This document shows, piece by piece, positions 41,057 through 52,926 of a stretch of DNA of 64,000 nucleotides. Origin of the DNA: Zancudomyces culisetae HAW-14-8 (lineage: Eukaryota; Fungi; Kickxellomycota); the NCBI GenBank assembly GCA_052426225.1, contig JBNJNM010000021.1, positions 1,240,001 through 1,304,000 of the forward strand, written 5' to 3'. The translations under genes and the position numbers were made by a program. Each line of letters opens with the position of its first letter. Within the stretch, counting starts at the first letter, position 1. The notes under the pieces were generated by a model. The model was not told the DNA's origin and did not search any database. It saw nothing but the letters and a program-made list of their open reading frames with translations.

Positions 41057-44000
41057 TGTAATATTTTATTTATTATTTAAAATATTATATACCCGTTATG
41101 GGTAATAAGTGTCTAAACACCTTGCTATTTACTTTCAAGAGAGAGTTTAAACTATCTTGTTGCGTAACTAACAATTATGGAGGCGTAGACAGTCTTATTT
41201 TTTATTATACTATTTATTTATTTCTCTTATTAAATATATAAATATATAAAAATATTAACTTCTATCTAAAAATTATCTCAATAAAAAACTGATAACAAAA
41301 GAACCTATTATCAGAGAAGTCAGATAAAACCCTCTTCGGGAGAAAAGTCCAATCTTCTCACAAGTAAATAATAACTAATAAATAATAAACGAGAAACTGG
41401 TATTACCTTTATTGTAGTCCAGGGGTAATCACGCCAATTATATATGACAGATACCCCCCTACCAGATTGGACTTATCCCTGTTAGATTTTTAAACTGTCG
41501 TAACTTAGTTTTTAATGGATTAGTTACGTCAGGGATCATATTTCGACTGTACTGGAACCGTTTTAACATGTCTCCGTGAATTAACTCTCGATTTCCCTCA
41601 TCATCAGTGATGATGTATGTACCTTTGGATAAGACATTGTCGACTGTATATGGCCCTTCCCATATTTCCTCCAGCTTGCTTTGGAATTGTTCCGTTAGTT
41701 TCAGAACCAGGTCACCTTTTTGAAATGTCATTACTTTTACGTGACGGTTATATGTGGCCTTGTCCTTCGCTTTTGCAGCAGCATTATGTACTACACTCTC
41801 ATTCCGCATTTCCGGCAATTCAGATGTTATTGCTTTTATTCTTTCCCGTATGGCTAATTCCACATTATCTGCATCAGGCGGCGGTGTCCATACGCTGGGT
41901 GTAGTAATCTGTACTCCATAGAGCAACTCTGCTGGACTGTATTTTGTAGATTTGTTCCTAAGTGTGCGTACGGCTAACAGTGATTTCCATAAGAACTTGT
42001 CCCAGTTCTTCTTGTCTTCTCGGCACTGCCTAACTAGTACATTTTTTAACGTTTGGTTTAAACGTTCCACCTGCCCATTGCTTTGTGGGCGGTATGGGGT
42101 GGTTGGTGTGTGACGAATACCTAGGTGTTTGTAAAACTGTTCGGCGATGTCGCTGACGAATCCTGCTCCTCTATCCGTAATTATTTGACTTGGAACGCCA
42201 TAGCTCTGGACTATATGTGTTAAGATAAAACTGATTATTGTCTCTGTTTTAATGTTTCTTACCGCTGCGGCCACTGGCCACTTTGTGAAATAGTCTATTC
42301 CTGTGAGAATAAACCTATTTCCAGATTCGCTGATGGGGTTTATTGGACCGACGGCATCTAACCCAAATATGCTGAATGGTTTTGGGCTATAAATAGGATT
42401 CAGCAAGCTCTTTTTGGTCCTCCCTCCTTTGTATCGTTGACAAGTAAAGCACTCATTTACTACCTTCTTGACTACATCATAGAGTCCTTCGCCCGTATAC
42501 TTTTCCTTTACTTTGATCCACGTATTTTCTATCCCCAAGTGGCTCTCTTCGTGTACCAACTTGATTGTTTCTTCAATATTTTTTTCGTGTAAAACCTCTT
42601 TGACTTGTCCTTTTATAACTCGGCATAACTTATCCCCATGTAGAGTGTATTTCTTAGCTTTATTTCGTAATTTAGTTCGAAAACTCTCGTCTGCTCCTCT
42701 AGGATATTCGTAGGTCTGTAAATAATGAGTAATAGCGGTGAAATAGAGGAAGTCTAACGTAAAGATATCGAGGGTTTCTTTCACGGGTGTAGTCGATTCG
42801 TCTGTCAGCCTTGATAGGGCGTCCGCCGGATTCCTCGTTCCCATGCAATGCTCTATTGTATAATCATAGTTTCTTAGGATCATCGCCCATCGGGCAACTC
42901 TCCCAGTAATATCCTTACCATTGAATAACTGGATCAGTGACTTATGATCAGTCCTGATCGTGAAATGTTTGCCCCACAGATATTGCCTGAGTTTCTTCAC
43001 CGACCATACAACAGCTAGCCCCTCCATGTGTGCTACGGAGTAATTCCTTTCATGAGGGTTCAGTATACGGCTTAAGTAACAAATCGGCTTCTCGCCATCC
43101 GGAAATTCCTGCGAGAGTATGGCACCAATTCCTACAATAGACGCATCGGTGGTCACAATGAATTCCCTTGACCAATCCGGGTGAGTCAAAACTGGTGCCT
43201 CGCACAACTTCCGCTTCAGCTCATCGACCGCATTTTGATGTGTGGCGCCCCATTCCCACTTGGAGCTCTTCTTAAGTAGTTTAATCAGAGGTGATACAAT
43301 CCTTGCATAGTTTTCCACAAATTTCCTGTAGTATCCAGTAAGTCCCAGAAATGATTGGACCTCCTTGACACTACTTGGTGCAGTAGCCTGTTTGATAGCT
43401 AATATCTTGTCTCCACTAGTCTCAATGCCTTTTTCTGAAATTGTATGACCTAAGTATGTCAGTCGCTTCATGCCCAGACGACATTTACCCTTATGTAGCT
43501 GTATCTGGTGACGTCTGAGAAGATCCAGTACCTGACGTACATCCTCCACGTGCTGTTCCACGGTCTTGGAATATACCACAATATCATCGATGAACACGAC
43601 TGTTGTTTTCCACAGCACAGATGCTAGTGCGTTCTCCATCATCCGCTGGAAAGAAGCTGGACTGTTGGTGAGCCCGAATGGCATCACGTTGTAACAGTAC
43701 GTGCCACTTCCAGGGATGGCAAATGCAGTTTTGTCCCGATCATCTGACGCCATGGGTATCTGCCAATACCCGCTCAGTGCGTCAAATGAACTGAACACAG
43801 TAGCGCCAGCCAGCGCCATGAAAATGTCATCAATGGTTGGAAGGGGGTACGAATCCTTCCGAGTAATCTGGTTAAGTTTGCGATAGTCGGCACAAATTCG
43901 CAGCCGACCATCCTTCTTCCACACTGCCACTACTGGGGAACACCACTCTGATACACAAGGTGATATTACCCCATTTCTCTCCATTGTTTCCAACTCAGCT

Positions 44001-46413
44001 CTTACCTTTTCATACAGATGATATGGAATTCGATACGGCCGTTGCTTGATTGGCCGATCGCAGGTAAGATCAATTCGATGGCTGGTGGCGTCCGTTTGAG
44101 TGAGTTGCTCCACCCCTTCAATGAACAAATCTTTATTTTGTTCCACTAGCTCGGTTATTTCTGGTATTTCAATATGCTCGTTATCTGATAACCTTTCATT
44201 TGCATTATCGTCTTTTCCTAAGACTAGATATACTTCTGATTCATCTACATCAACCTCTTCCGTCATTAGCCTCGTATATAATGGGGTAATCAGTATTCTC
44301 TGGCCAATAGGTAGACTCAATTGTCCTTTCTGCAAGTCGATTCTTGCTCTATGATTGCATAACCAATCGGTACCCAGGATGAGAATGTCATCGCCTCTGT
44401 TCATTATAGTGACATCCACTGCAAAGATATAGTTCCCTACTTGTATCGGCACCTCTCTCATAGTACCTAGCGGCGCATGTCTCTTTCCGTCCGCTGTTAC
44501 AATTACTTGTCCAGCTGTATGTTCTGTGCGGAGTCCCCATTCATTTACTAATTTCGGTGTAGCCACGGAACAGGCAGCTCCCGTGTCTATTATTGCCCAC
44601 ATCTTTGTTTCGAATATCTGTACCTCCACTTTACAATTCGAGGTTTTTCCTGACTTTAGCTGTATCTCATTTATTTCTGTTTTTCTGACTTTTTTGGCCA
44701 ACTGGTTTATATCAACTGAGAGTTGAGGTGCAGCTTGAATTAGTTGCGGTAGACTGATGTGCGGGTAATATGACTTTAGGTCATCGGCCAGATTGAACGG
44801 TGTAACCCCTTCTGCTATTGCTGGTACTAATTTATTCCTCCGTGTAGCCACTTTTTCACTTCCCACTACCTCCTTGTTACTACTCTTAACCTTCTGATTA
44901 AGCGACGTAGTAAGTGGTACTTCCTGCATATCAGCGTGCTCGATGAGTTGTTCCATTGGCATAGCTTTCTCTCTTGGCTTTGGCGGCAGACGTCCAGTCC
45001 TAGTGTGTTCGTACGGCTTCTGTATCCCCTTTGGTCTAATTCCCCTTTGTACCGCAAATATTTCTGCATTTTCTTCTTCTTCAGGTGCCAACTCTATGTA
45101 ATTCACACTCTTATCCTTATCTGGTTGTATGCTCTCCCCCGGTTGTACTCTGACTCTTCTTGGACAATCTGGAGCCTTGTGCCCTACTTCTGAACAATGG
45201 TAACATTGAATTGGTCGCCTAGTAAATGTCGGTTGTCTTGACCTACGATCCTCCTTGAGCCGCTTCTCTATTACCTCGTCCACTTTAGTTAGGAGGTGTA
45301 CACTCCATTCCTCCATTTTCCTTACCATCTCATTATAGCCTAATCGCTCCTCAGCCATCTCACGTATAGGCTTTCCCATGTGTGGTAGCTGTAGCTTCTT
45401 CTCAACTGTTTTTACCAAGCCTTCTTTTGCCATACTTTCGGCTGCTCCTGGTTGTATCCCCTATTGTTCTGCGTTACTAACCGTTTCCATGGTACCTTTC
45501 CAGTCACTGCATCCTGCACTCCTGACCATTGCTCTGTAGTTTCCAGCTAACGTACTTTGTAGCCAATTCAGTTTCTGCTCATCATCTGTTATTTTGGCTT
45601 TAACTAGTATGTCCTCCAGCACATACTCCATTTCTTCAATACTCTCAAAGTCTTCCTGCTTTATAGTTTTAAGCTTCTCAAAATATACTATCCCTTGATC
45701 CTTAGGTCCAAACTTCTCGATAAACTTTGTCTTGAACGCATCCCACGTGGTGAATCCACTCTTGTTCCTTTTATACCATATCAATTCCCTTTTGCCCAAA
45801 TACAATTGAACAAAGTCAACCCAATCGTCGGTATCCCACTTGTTCAACTTTGCAATAATGCGGTACCTATCTACCCATTCCTTGGGATTTGTTTGGCTGG
45901 AACTCTCAAATACCTCTGGTTTGTTCATTTTCTTGTTATACTCGTTTGACCTAATTACTTCTTATTATTCTGCTAATCTTCCACTAAGCTGGCTTTATGG
46001 CCTAGCTGGGAGCGCCAATTGTAATATTTTATTTATTATTTAAAATATTTTATACCCGTTATGGGTAATAAGTGTCTAAACACCTTGCTATTTACTTTCA
46101 AGAGAGAGTTTAAACTATCTTGTTGCGTAACTAACAATTATGGAGGCGTAGACAGTCTTATTTTTTATTATACTATTTATTTATTTCTCTTATTAAATAT
46201 ATAAATATATAAAAATATTAACTTCTATCTAAAAATTATCTCAATAAAAAACTGATAACAAAAGAACCTATTATCAGAGAAGTCAGATAAAACCCTCTTC
46301 GGGAGAAAAGTCCAATCTTCTCACAAGTAAATAATAACTAATAAATAATAAACGAGAAACTGGTATTACCTAATATTGTAGTCCAGGGGTAATCACGCCA
46401 ATTTTATATGACA
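41057..46413 (-). mobile_element. Full-length Ty3/Gypsy LTR retrotransposon C
   Basis: LTRs at 41057-41449 and 46020-46413 (few differences); PBS TGGCGCTCCCAGCTAGG at 46017-46001; PPT 41450-41462; TSD GTTG (41053-56 / 46414-17). Confidence 0.97.
41459..45928 (-). CDS. Gag-Pol of element C, interrupted by one in-frame TAG at 45463-45461
   Basis: ORFs 45928-45461 (capsid N-part) and 45433-41459 are in the same frame, 27 nt apart; CYHCSEVGHKAPDC, IDTGA, FIDD, integrase core. Confidence 0.9.
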
Positions 46414-46417
46414 GTTG

Positions 46418-46640
46418 TGTTGTATAATTACATGTTTAACGTCCTACTGAGTAATATAATTACCCAGTATTATACAGGACGGGACTTTTATTATTATATA
46501 TTAGTACTATAATTATTGTGGGAGAAAAAGACAATTTATTAATTAATTCAAAACTAGACTATTTAATGGATAAAATAATACTATTTAAATTAACCAATAA
46601 AATACAAGGAAATACAGGTATATATTTCTACTATATAACA
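46418..46640. mobile_element. Solo LTR, family D copy 1
   Basis: TGTTGTATA...TATATAACA ends; GTTG on both sides; highly similar to 47336-47555. Confidence 0.85.
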
Positions 46641-47331
46641 GTTGTATGTAATTTTAGATTGTAGAAAATTTTTCAGGAAATTTCCGCAACTAAACCTACA
46701 AAAAGTTCTGCTAATAGAGGGGGATTGTTACTGGAATAAGTTTTACTTTATTTAACCAGTCAACCCTACTTTTTTAGCTTATATTTAATTTAGTTTTATG
46801 TATTTATTACTTCAATAAATGCGATAAAACTGAGTAAAATTACGCCCAACTCCTAAAATTTGGTGTGCAAAACAATTAATTTTGGTCCAAAAATTAGACT
46901 CTGATACCTTTCTGATACCCTTTGAAAATTGTGTTACGCTTCACTACCTATGTTTTTTTTTGGTTTTAGGTAGGTTTTTGCTCAAATCATAAATTTCAAT
47001 TTTGTAGAGTAAAATAAAGTATTTTAGAGCTAATTTGTATTTTATTTAATGAATAACTTTTAAAAATAAAAAGATATAATCACCAAACTTGTGGTGGGGT
47101 TACTAGTAATATACTAGTACCTGACTAGCTATTTTTTTAGAACTTTATATAATAGAAACTTAAAATAAAACAATTAAAACTGAATATTTCTCCAACATTT
47201 GGGTAATTTATTACCCAAGAAATCCCAGATTTCTTGCTCGAACACCTGAGATAACGGTGGTTATTCGGTGTTTGAGAAGCTGTATGCTGTTCATCCAATA
47301 GTTTAGCTTGGGTAGAACTAAGCATACAACA
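46641..47331. mobile_element. Probable solo LTR E (about 690 bp)
   Basis: (T)GTTGTATG...CATACAACA inverted termini followed by GTTG; left boundary uncertain by a few bp. Confidence 0.65.
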
Positions 47332-47335
47332 GTTG

Positions 47336-47555
47336 TGTAAAATTTCATGTTTAATCTCCTACTGAGTAATATAATAACCCAGTATTATACAGGACGGGAC
47401 TTTTATTATTATTTATTAGGACTATAATTAATTAAGTAGAAAAAGACAATTTATTAATTAATTCAAAACTAGACTATTTAATGCATAAATTAATACTATA
47501 TAAATTAACCAATAAAATACAAGGAAATACAGGTATATAATTCCACTATATAACA
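47336..47555. mobile_element. Solo LTR, family D copy 2
   Basis: Direct, diverged repeat of 46418-46640 ending TATATAACA. Confidence 0.85.
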
Positions 47556-47923
47556 TGTTATTGTTAACAAATTTGTATATTTATATAAAAAATTTGTTTA
47601 TTTAATAGTTATGTTGGTTTTTAGGGATATAAGTGGCGTAGAATCTACTTGTGGCTTCGATTAATGGGCTCACTTAATCCGTTATAATGATCTTAAAAAT
47701 ATCTACTAATGGCAAATATTGCAAACTCTTAATATATGTGTTTATTTACTAAAAAGATAAGATCTAAACCAAAACTTACTATCGAAATTTCTCACTAAAA
47801 AAACCTAACAAAAATTGCCAAGAACAAAGAGTCCAATTTCTAAAATAATTTTGATTACGTATTTCCATTGAATTTTTTCAATTTCCATACACTATTTTTA
47901 TAAAGTATAAAATATTTACGACA
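47556..47923. mobile_element. Probable solo LTR H
   Basis: TGTTA...TACGACA termini; fills the gap between two identified LTRs. Confidence 0.55.
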
Positions 47924-48377
47924 TTATGTTGTAGCAAAAGCATCAACTTAAATTTACCGCTTTCATTGCAGCAAAATAGCAGAGAAATCAATTTTGAAAA
48001 AATTGTTTCCTGCGCAATTCAATTTAGAGTACAAAAATTATGACCATGTGTTATGGTTTTAAATTATATGAAACCTTTGTCTCCACAGGACAATGTTTCA
48101 TATAATTTATCAATTATAACCATAACATTTACCGACCTCCACATTATTAATTTAAATGTTTTAGTTATGTTTTAGTTATGTTTTAAATTAGTATAATTTT
48201 AAAATTATCGTCCCATCATGAAAAGTATATAAGCTATACGATTATCATGATGGAACGATAAGTTTTACAACGAGTTTAGTTTCGTTTAGTTTATTCACTT
48301 ATAGTCTAGTTTACTAATAAATATATTTTATCCAAGTCCAGACCTTGACAGTTTGTAAAACTTCTCTTCAAGATACC

Positions 48378-49178
48378 ATGTCAAGTATATTCACCGAGTC
48401 AAGCATTAAACTTCCAGACGCTCCACGTTTTAGTGGGAAACCTTCAGAATTCCAAGCCTTCATGTCAAGCATTGAGCTTTATTTTTGGGCACGTGGAGAT
48501 CTATTCAAGACTGAAAAAAACAAAATAGTATTTATTGGCGCACACTTAACAGGACCCACAGCCATATGGTTTAACTCGCTCATCGAGGAAAAATCAACAG
48601 ACCTCGCAAACTATGCTCAGTTTTTGGAATTATTTAAGAAGAATTTTTCAGACCCCAGCCAAGAAATAAGAGCTAGAGGAGAATTACGTAGATGTAAACA
48701 AGGGCCAAGAAGCGTGGCTAACTATGCTGCCGAATTCAGGACTTCAGCCAGAATCAGCGGATTTGACCAAGCTGCACTAATTGACCAGTTCTTAAGAGGA
48801 CTAAATGACAATGTCATGAACTTTCTTATGATGAATGATATGCCTATAAAACTGGAGGACACTATAGCTCTAGCTGTAAAAGTTGATAACCGCCTTTCCA
48901 ATCGACGAATGTTAAGAAGCGCTCCGGGTTATTATAATTCATCATTTCAGAGACCAACAACTAAAGCAGAACCTGTTCAAAGTACTATGCATGATGACCT
49001 TCCACCTGGTGAACCTATGGAAATAGACGCACTAGTTACCAAACAGCGACCACATCTCTCTCAAGAAGAAAAGGACAGACGCAGAGCTCTTGGGTTATGC
49101 ATGTATTGTGGAAATCAAGGACATATAGCTATTCGCTGTCCAAACAAAACTCAGTCGGGAAAAGTCCACACTCAGTAA
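48378..49178 (+). CDS. Gag of chromovirus 1
   Basis: FSGKP, QGPRSVANYAAEF, PMEID, CMYCGNQGHIAIRC. Confidence 0.92.
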   Translation: MSSIFTESSIKLPDAPRFSGKPSEFQAFMSSIELYFWARGDLFKTEKNKIVFIGAHLTGPTAIWFNSLIEEKSTDLANYAQFLELFKKNFSDPSQEIRARGELRRCKQGPRSVANYAAEFRTSARISGFDQAALIDQFLRGLNDNVMNFLMMNDMPIKLEDTIALAVKVDNRLSNRRMLRSAPGYYNSSFQRPTTKAEPVQSTMHDDLPPGEPMEIDALVTKQRPHLSQEEKDRRRALGLCMYCGNQGHIAIRCPNKTQSGKVHTQ

Positions 49179-52100
49179 TACCTGGGAAGTTATTACTGGG
49201 TTCTCGTTACCTATTTAGCGTTAATAATCTTACAGACAGTTTAAGGAAATTCACTTTTCCAATAAAGTTATCTTATAACAACATTACGGTCCCAATAATG
49301 GCACTAATTGACTCCGGTGCCACAGGAAACTTTATTCAGGAGAAGTTAGCTAAAAGATTAAACCTTCCCAGAAAACCAATATCACAACACATCGAGTTAG
49401 AAACCATCGACGGTAATAAAATAACTGGATCACCCATAACTGAAACTTGTATTGGGTTTACACTAACATTATCTAATAACCACTGTGAAGAAATATCATT
49501 ACTACCTATAAACTCAATTGATATAGCCATAGTCTTGGGATTACCTTGGTTACGTAAACATAATCCACAAATACACTGGATTAATCATTCATTATCTTTC
49601 AACTCCAATTACTGTGTACACAACTGTATTAGCAATCCAAAGAGAATAGATGCTGTATTCAGAGCCCCAATTCATGAACATTCTGATATCGAGGCAGATA
49701 GACCTAGTAGCCCAGATATTTCTTCAGATGAAGAATTCTATGATGCCCCGTCTGAGCCCATAAATAAAACCCAAACCGAAAGCAATCACCCAGTACCATT
49801 TTCCATCAATACGGATAACGTCAACACATCCAACTCCGCAGATCCTATACATATTCCACCACAATATCATGATTTACAATCGGTATTTGATCCAGTCGAA
49901 GCAGACAGATTACCACCAAACAGAAGTTATGATTGCCCAATAGAATTAACGTCAAACATATTACCGAAAATGGGACCCATATACCCATTGTCGGTTGTCG
50001 AGTCACAAGCACTGTACGATTACATCCAAGAAAATTTAAAAAAGGGTTTTATAGTTAAATCAAAGTCACAAATAGGAGCACCAATAATGTTTGTAGATAA
50101 AAAGGACGGTGGCCTACGCCCTTGTGTTGATTATCGAAAGATAAACGAAATAACAGCAAAAAATATATACCCTTTACCGAGAATAGATGAATCGTTCGAT
50201 CATCTAAGTAAGGCAAAATACTTCACCAAATTAGACTTAAGAGGAGCATATAACCTAGTACGAATCAGACCTGGTGATGAATGGAAGACTGCTTTCAGAT
50301 GCAGATACGGTTTATATGAATACAGGGTGATGCCATTCGGGCTCACTAATGCCCCAGCCACATTCCAGACGTTTATGAATGATATACTCAGAGAAGCACT
50401 GGATATATATGCTATTGCATACCTTGACGACATACTTATATTTTCATCTAGTCTAGAGGAACACTACAGCCATGTAAGAACAATACTAAAAATACTCAAG
50501 GAAAACAAACTGTATGCAAAACTAGAAAAATGTAAATTCCACCAAACATCGATCGATTTCTTAGGCCACGTAATAAGCCAAAAAGGTATAACATCTGATC
50601 CCCAAAAAGTAGCCAAGTTGATCGACTGGGAAATACCAAAAACAATTAAAGATATACAAGTATTCTTAGGTTTTGTAAACTATTACAGAAAATTTATCCC
50701 AAATATGGCAAACATCGCGTTACCCTTAACAAATTTACTAAAAAAGGATATAGCATTTAAATGGAACAACGAAGAACAGAATTCGTTTACTACACTCATT
50801 AGACATCTAGCTGGATTACCTTTACTCTCTTATCCTAACCATGACAAACAATATATCGTGGAGACTGACGCTTCGGATTACGCTATGGGAGCAATATTAT
50901 CGCAGTATGATGAAGATAATGAATTAAGACCTGTTGCATACTACTCTAGAAAGTTCACCCCAGCGGAAATCAATTACGACATCTACGATAAGGAAATGCT
51001 TGCCATTGTTACAGCAATGAAAGAATGGAGACATTACCTCGAAGGTACACAGCAAACTACAATTGTATATACGGATCACAAAAATCTAGAACACTTTAAG
51101 AATGCTCAAACCTTAAACCGACGGCACGCAAGATGGTCACTTACGCTATCACGATATAACTTCCTTATTACATACAGACCGGGAACTGAGGGTGGCAAAC
51201 CTGACGCACTGTCTAGAAGATCTGAATACCAACAAGGTCCTCCACTACCTAAAAACATCTTTCGCAATACCAACTTCCTTTACGCAATTATCCAGCCACA
51301 TAACCCTATATTATCTAAAATCCTAAACGAGTCTAAGAAAGACAAATATGCAATTAAGTTACTGAAAAAAATAAATTTACCGACCAAATCAAATAATGAT
51401 AAACAACCGATATATCGAATTGACAATGGAATAATAAAGTACAAAGAAAGAATATATTTACCAGAAAGCACTAGGCTGGATGTTATCAAGATGCACCATG
51501 ATTCAACAACTGCTGGACACTATGGAATTAAGAAAACTTTAGACCTGTTACGTCGCACATTTTGGTTCCCTGATATGAATAACTATGTAAGGAAATATAT
51601 AGAAACATGCGATATCTGTAAAAGAACAAAAATACCTCGACACAGAAAGTTTGGATTACTAACACCTTTACCAGTTCCATCAGGTCCGTGGAAATCAGTT
51701 ACAATGGATTTTATTGTAGAGTTACCACCATCCAACGGGTATACAACTATACTAGTAATGGTAGACCGGTTTACAAAGATGGCTAAATTCGTGCCTATCA
51801 AGAAACTTCCCACTGCGCAACAAACTGCTGACATCTTCCTGAAACATATTTTCTCTAACTATGGATTACCAGAAGAAATAATCACTGACCGAGGTAGCCA
51901 ATTTACTTCAAAGTTTTGGCAAAGATTACTAAAACTACTGAAAATAAAATCTAAACTCTCTTCAGCATTCCATCCAGAAACTGACGGTCAGTCAGAAAGA
52001 ACAAACCAAACTCTCGAACAATACCTTAGAGCTTTTATCTCTTATCAACAAGATAATTGGGACACGCTATTACCTATGGCAGAGTTTTCGTATAATAATT

Positions 52101-52744
52101 CTAAACACTCATCTACAAAGTCATCGCCGTTTTACAGTCTCATGGGATATCACCCGAACTTCACTACAATCAAATTATCAACTACACAAGTACCCGAAGC
52201 AGATGAACACATAAATAACTTAAGAAAAATAAATACATTATTAAAAACTAATTTATATAATTCTAACAAAAAATCTAAGTTATACGCGGATAGGAAAAGA
52301 ACAAGTGGACCTGAAATCAAGCCAAACGATCTAGTGTGGTTAAATGCAAAGAATATAAAAACTGACAGACCATCAAAGAAGTTAGACCACCAATTTCTTG
52401 GACCATTCAAAGTATTAAAAAGGATAGGAAAAGTAGCTTATAAACTAGAATTACCAGAGTCGATGAAGATTCATCCTACATTTCATATTTCGCTATTGGA
52501 ACCATACAAACCTAATGAAATTCCAGGACGAGTCAAGGAACCACCTCCAGCAATCACAGTCGAAGGACAAAATGAATACGAAGTAGCAAAAATACTCGAT
52601 TCAAGAAAACGATACAACAAAATCGAGTACTTGGTTGATTGGAAAGGACATAGCGCAGCTGAACGATCTTGGGAACCTAGTGAGAATTTAAACTGTGACC
52701 GCCTACTTAATTTATACCACAAGAATCATCCTTACAAACCATAA
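49157..52744 (+). CDS. Pol of chromovirus 1 (PR-RT-RH-IN-chromodomain), reached by -1 frameshift
   Basis: IDSGA, YLDD, ETDAS, HHCC/DDE, GPF, chromodomain YEVAKIL...YLVDWKG...SWEP; slippery G GGA AAA at 49157-49163. Confidence 0.93.
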   Translation, partial: GKSPHSVIPGKLLLGSRYLFSVNNLTDSLRKFTFPIKLSYNNITVPIMALIDSGATGNFIQEKLAKRLNLPRKPISQHIELETIDGNKITGSPITETCIGFTLTLSNNHCEEISLLPINSIDIAIVLGLPWLRKHNPQIHWINHSLSFNSNYCVHNCISNPKRIDAVFRAPIHEHSDIEADRPSSPDISSDEEFYDAPSEPINKTQTESNHPVPFSINTDNVNTSNSADPIHIPPQYHDLQSVFDPVEADRLPPNRSYDCPIELTSNILPKMGPIYPLSVVESQALYDYIQENLKKGFIVKSKSQIGAPIMFVDKKDGGLRPCVDYRKINEITAKNIYPLPRIDESFDHLSKAKYFTKLDLRGAYNLVRIRPGDEWKTAFRCRYGLYEYRVMPFGLTNAPATFQTFMNDILREALDIYAIAYLDDILIFSSSLEEHYSHVRTILKILKENKLYAKLEKCKFHQTSIDFLGHVISQKGITSDPQKVAKLIDWEIPKTIKDIQVFLGFVNYYRKFIPNMANIALPLTNLLKKDIAFKWNNEEQNSFTTLIRHLAGLPLLSYPNHDKQYIVETDASDYAMGAILSQYDEDNELRPVAYYSRKFTPAEINYDIYDKEMLAIVTAMKEWRHYLEGTQQTTIVYTDHKNLEHFKNAQTLNRRHARWSLTLSRYNFLITYRPGTEGGKPDALSRRSEYQQGPPLPKNIFRNTNFLYAIIQPHNPILSKILNESKKDKYAIKLLKKINLPTKSNNDKQPIYRIDNGIIKYKERIYLPESTRLDVIKMHHDSTTAGHYGIKKTLDLLRRTFWFPDMNNYVRKYIETCDICKRTKIPRHRKFGLLTPLPVPSGPWKSVTMDFIVELPPSNGYTTILVMVDRFTKMAKFVPIKKLPTAQQTADIFLKHIFSNYGLPEEIITDRGSQFTSKFWQRLLKLLKIKSKLSSAFHPETDGQSERTNQTLEQYLRAFISYQQDNWDTLLPMAEFSYNNSKHSSTKSSPFYSLMGYHPNFTTIKLSTTQVPEADEHINNLRKINTLLKTNLYNSNKKSKLYADRKRTSGPEIKPNDLVWLNAKNIKTDRPSKKLDHQFLGPFKVLKRIGKVAYKLELPESMKIHPTFHISLLEPYKPNEIPGRVKEPPPAITVEGQNEYEVAKILDSRKRYNKIEYLVDWKGHSAAERSWEPSENLNCDRLLNLYHKNHPYKP

Positions 52745-52772
52745 AAAAAAAAAAAAAAAAAAAAAAATAAGA

Positions 52773-52926
52773 TGGACCCCCGAGGAATCGAACCTCGGCC
52801 ATCATTATGATTGGCAAAATTGAATCAATATCCTGCATCATTACCACCTAAAGGATTCAGCAATGACTCGAACTCGCATTCACCAGACCACAATCATGAG
52901 ACATACCGACTATGCCATTGAGGCCC
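52773..52926 (-). ncRNA. tRNA-like Pol III gene inside the chromovirus 1 3' UTR
   Basis: Acceptor stem GGGCCTC/GGGGTCC-A; A box TGGCATAGTCGG; T arm CGAGG-TTCGATT-CCTCG; second B box GTTCGAGTC; 25-nt T-run downstream (52743-52767). Confidence 0.75.

Noticed and set aside
47229-47237. GATTTCTTG match to the tRNA-Val 5' end in LTR E
   Set aside because: Only 9 nt, expected by chance; no cloverleaf
52773-52926. tRNA-Sec or canonical tRNA-His call for the tRNA-like unit
   Set aside because: TTCA lies in the insert rather than an anticodon loop, there is no long variable arm, and the acceptor-D linker and variable region are non-canonical
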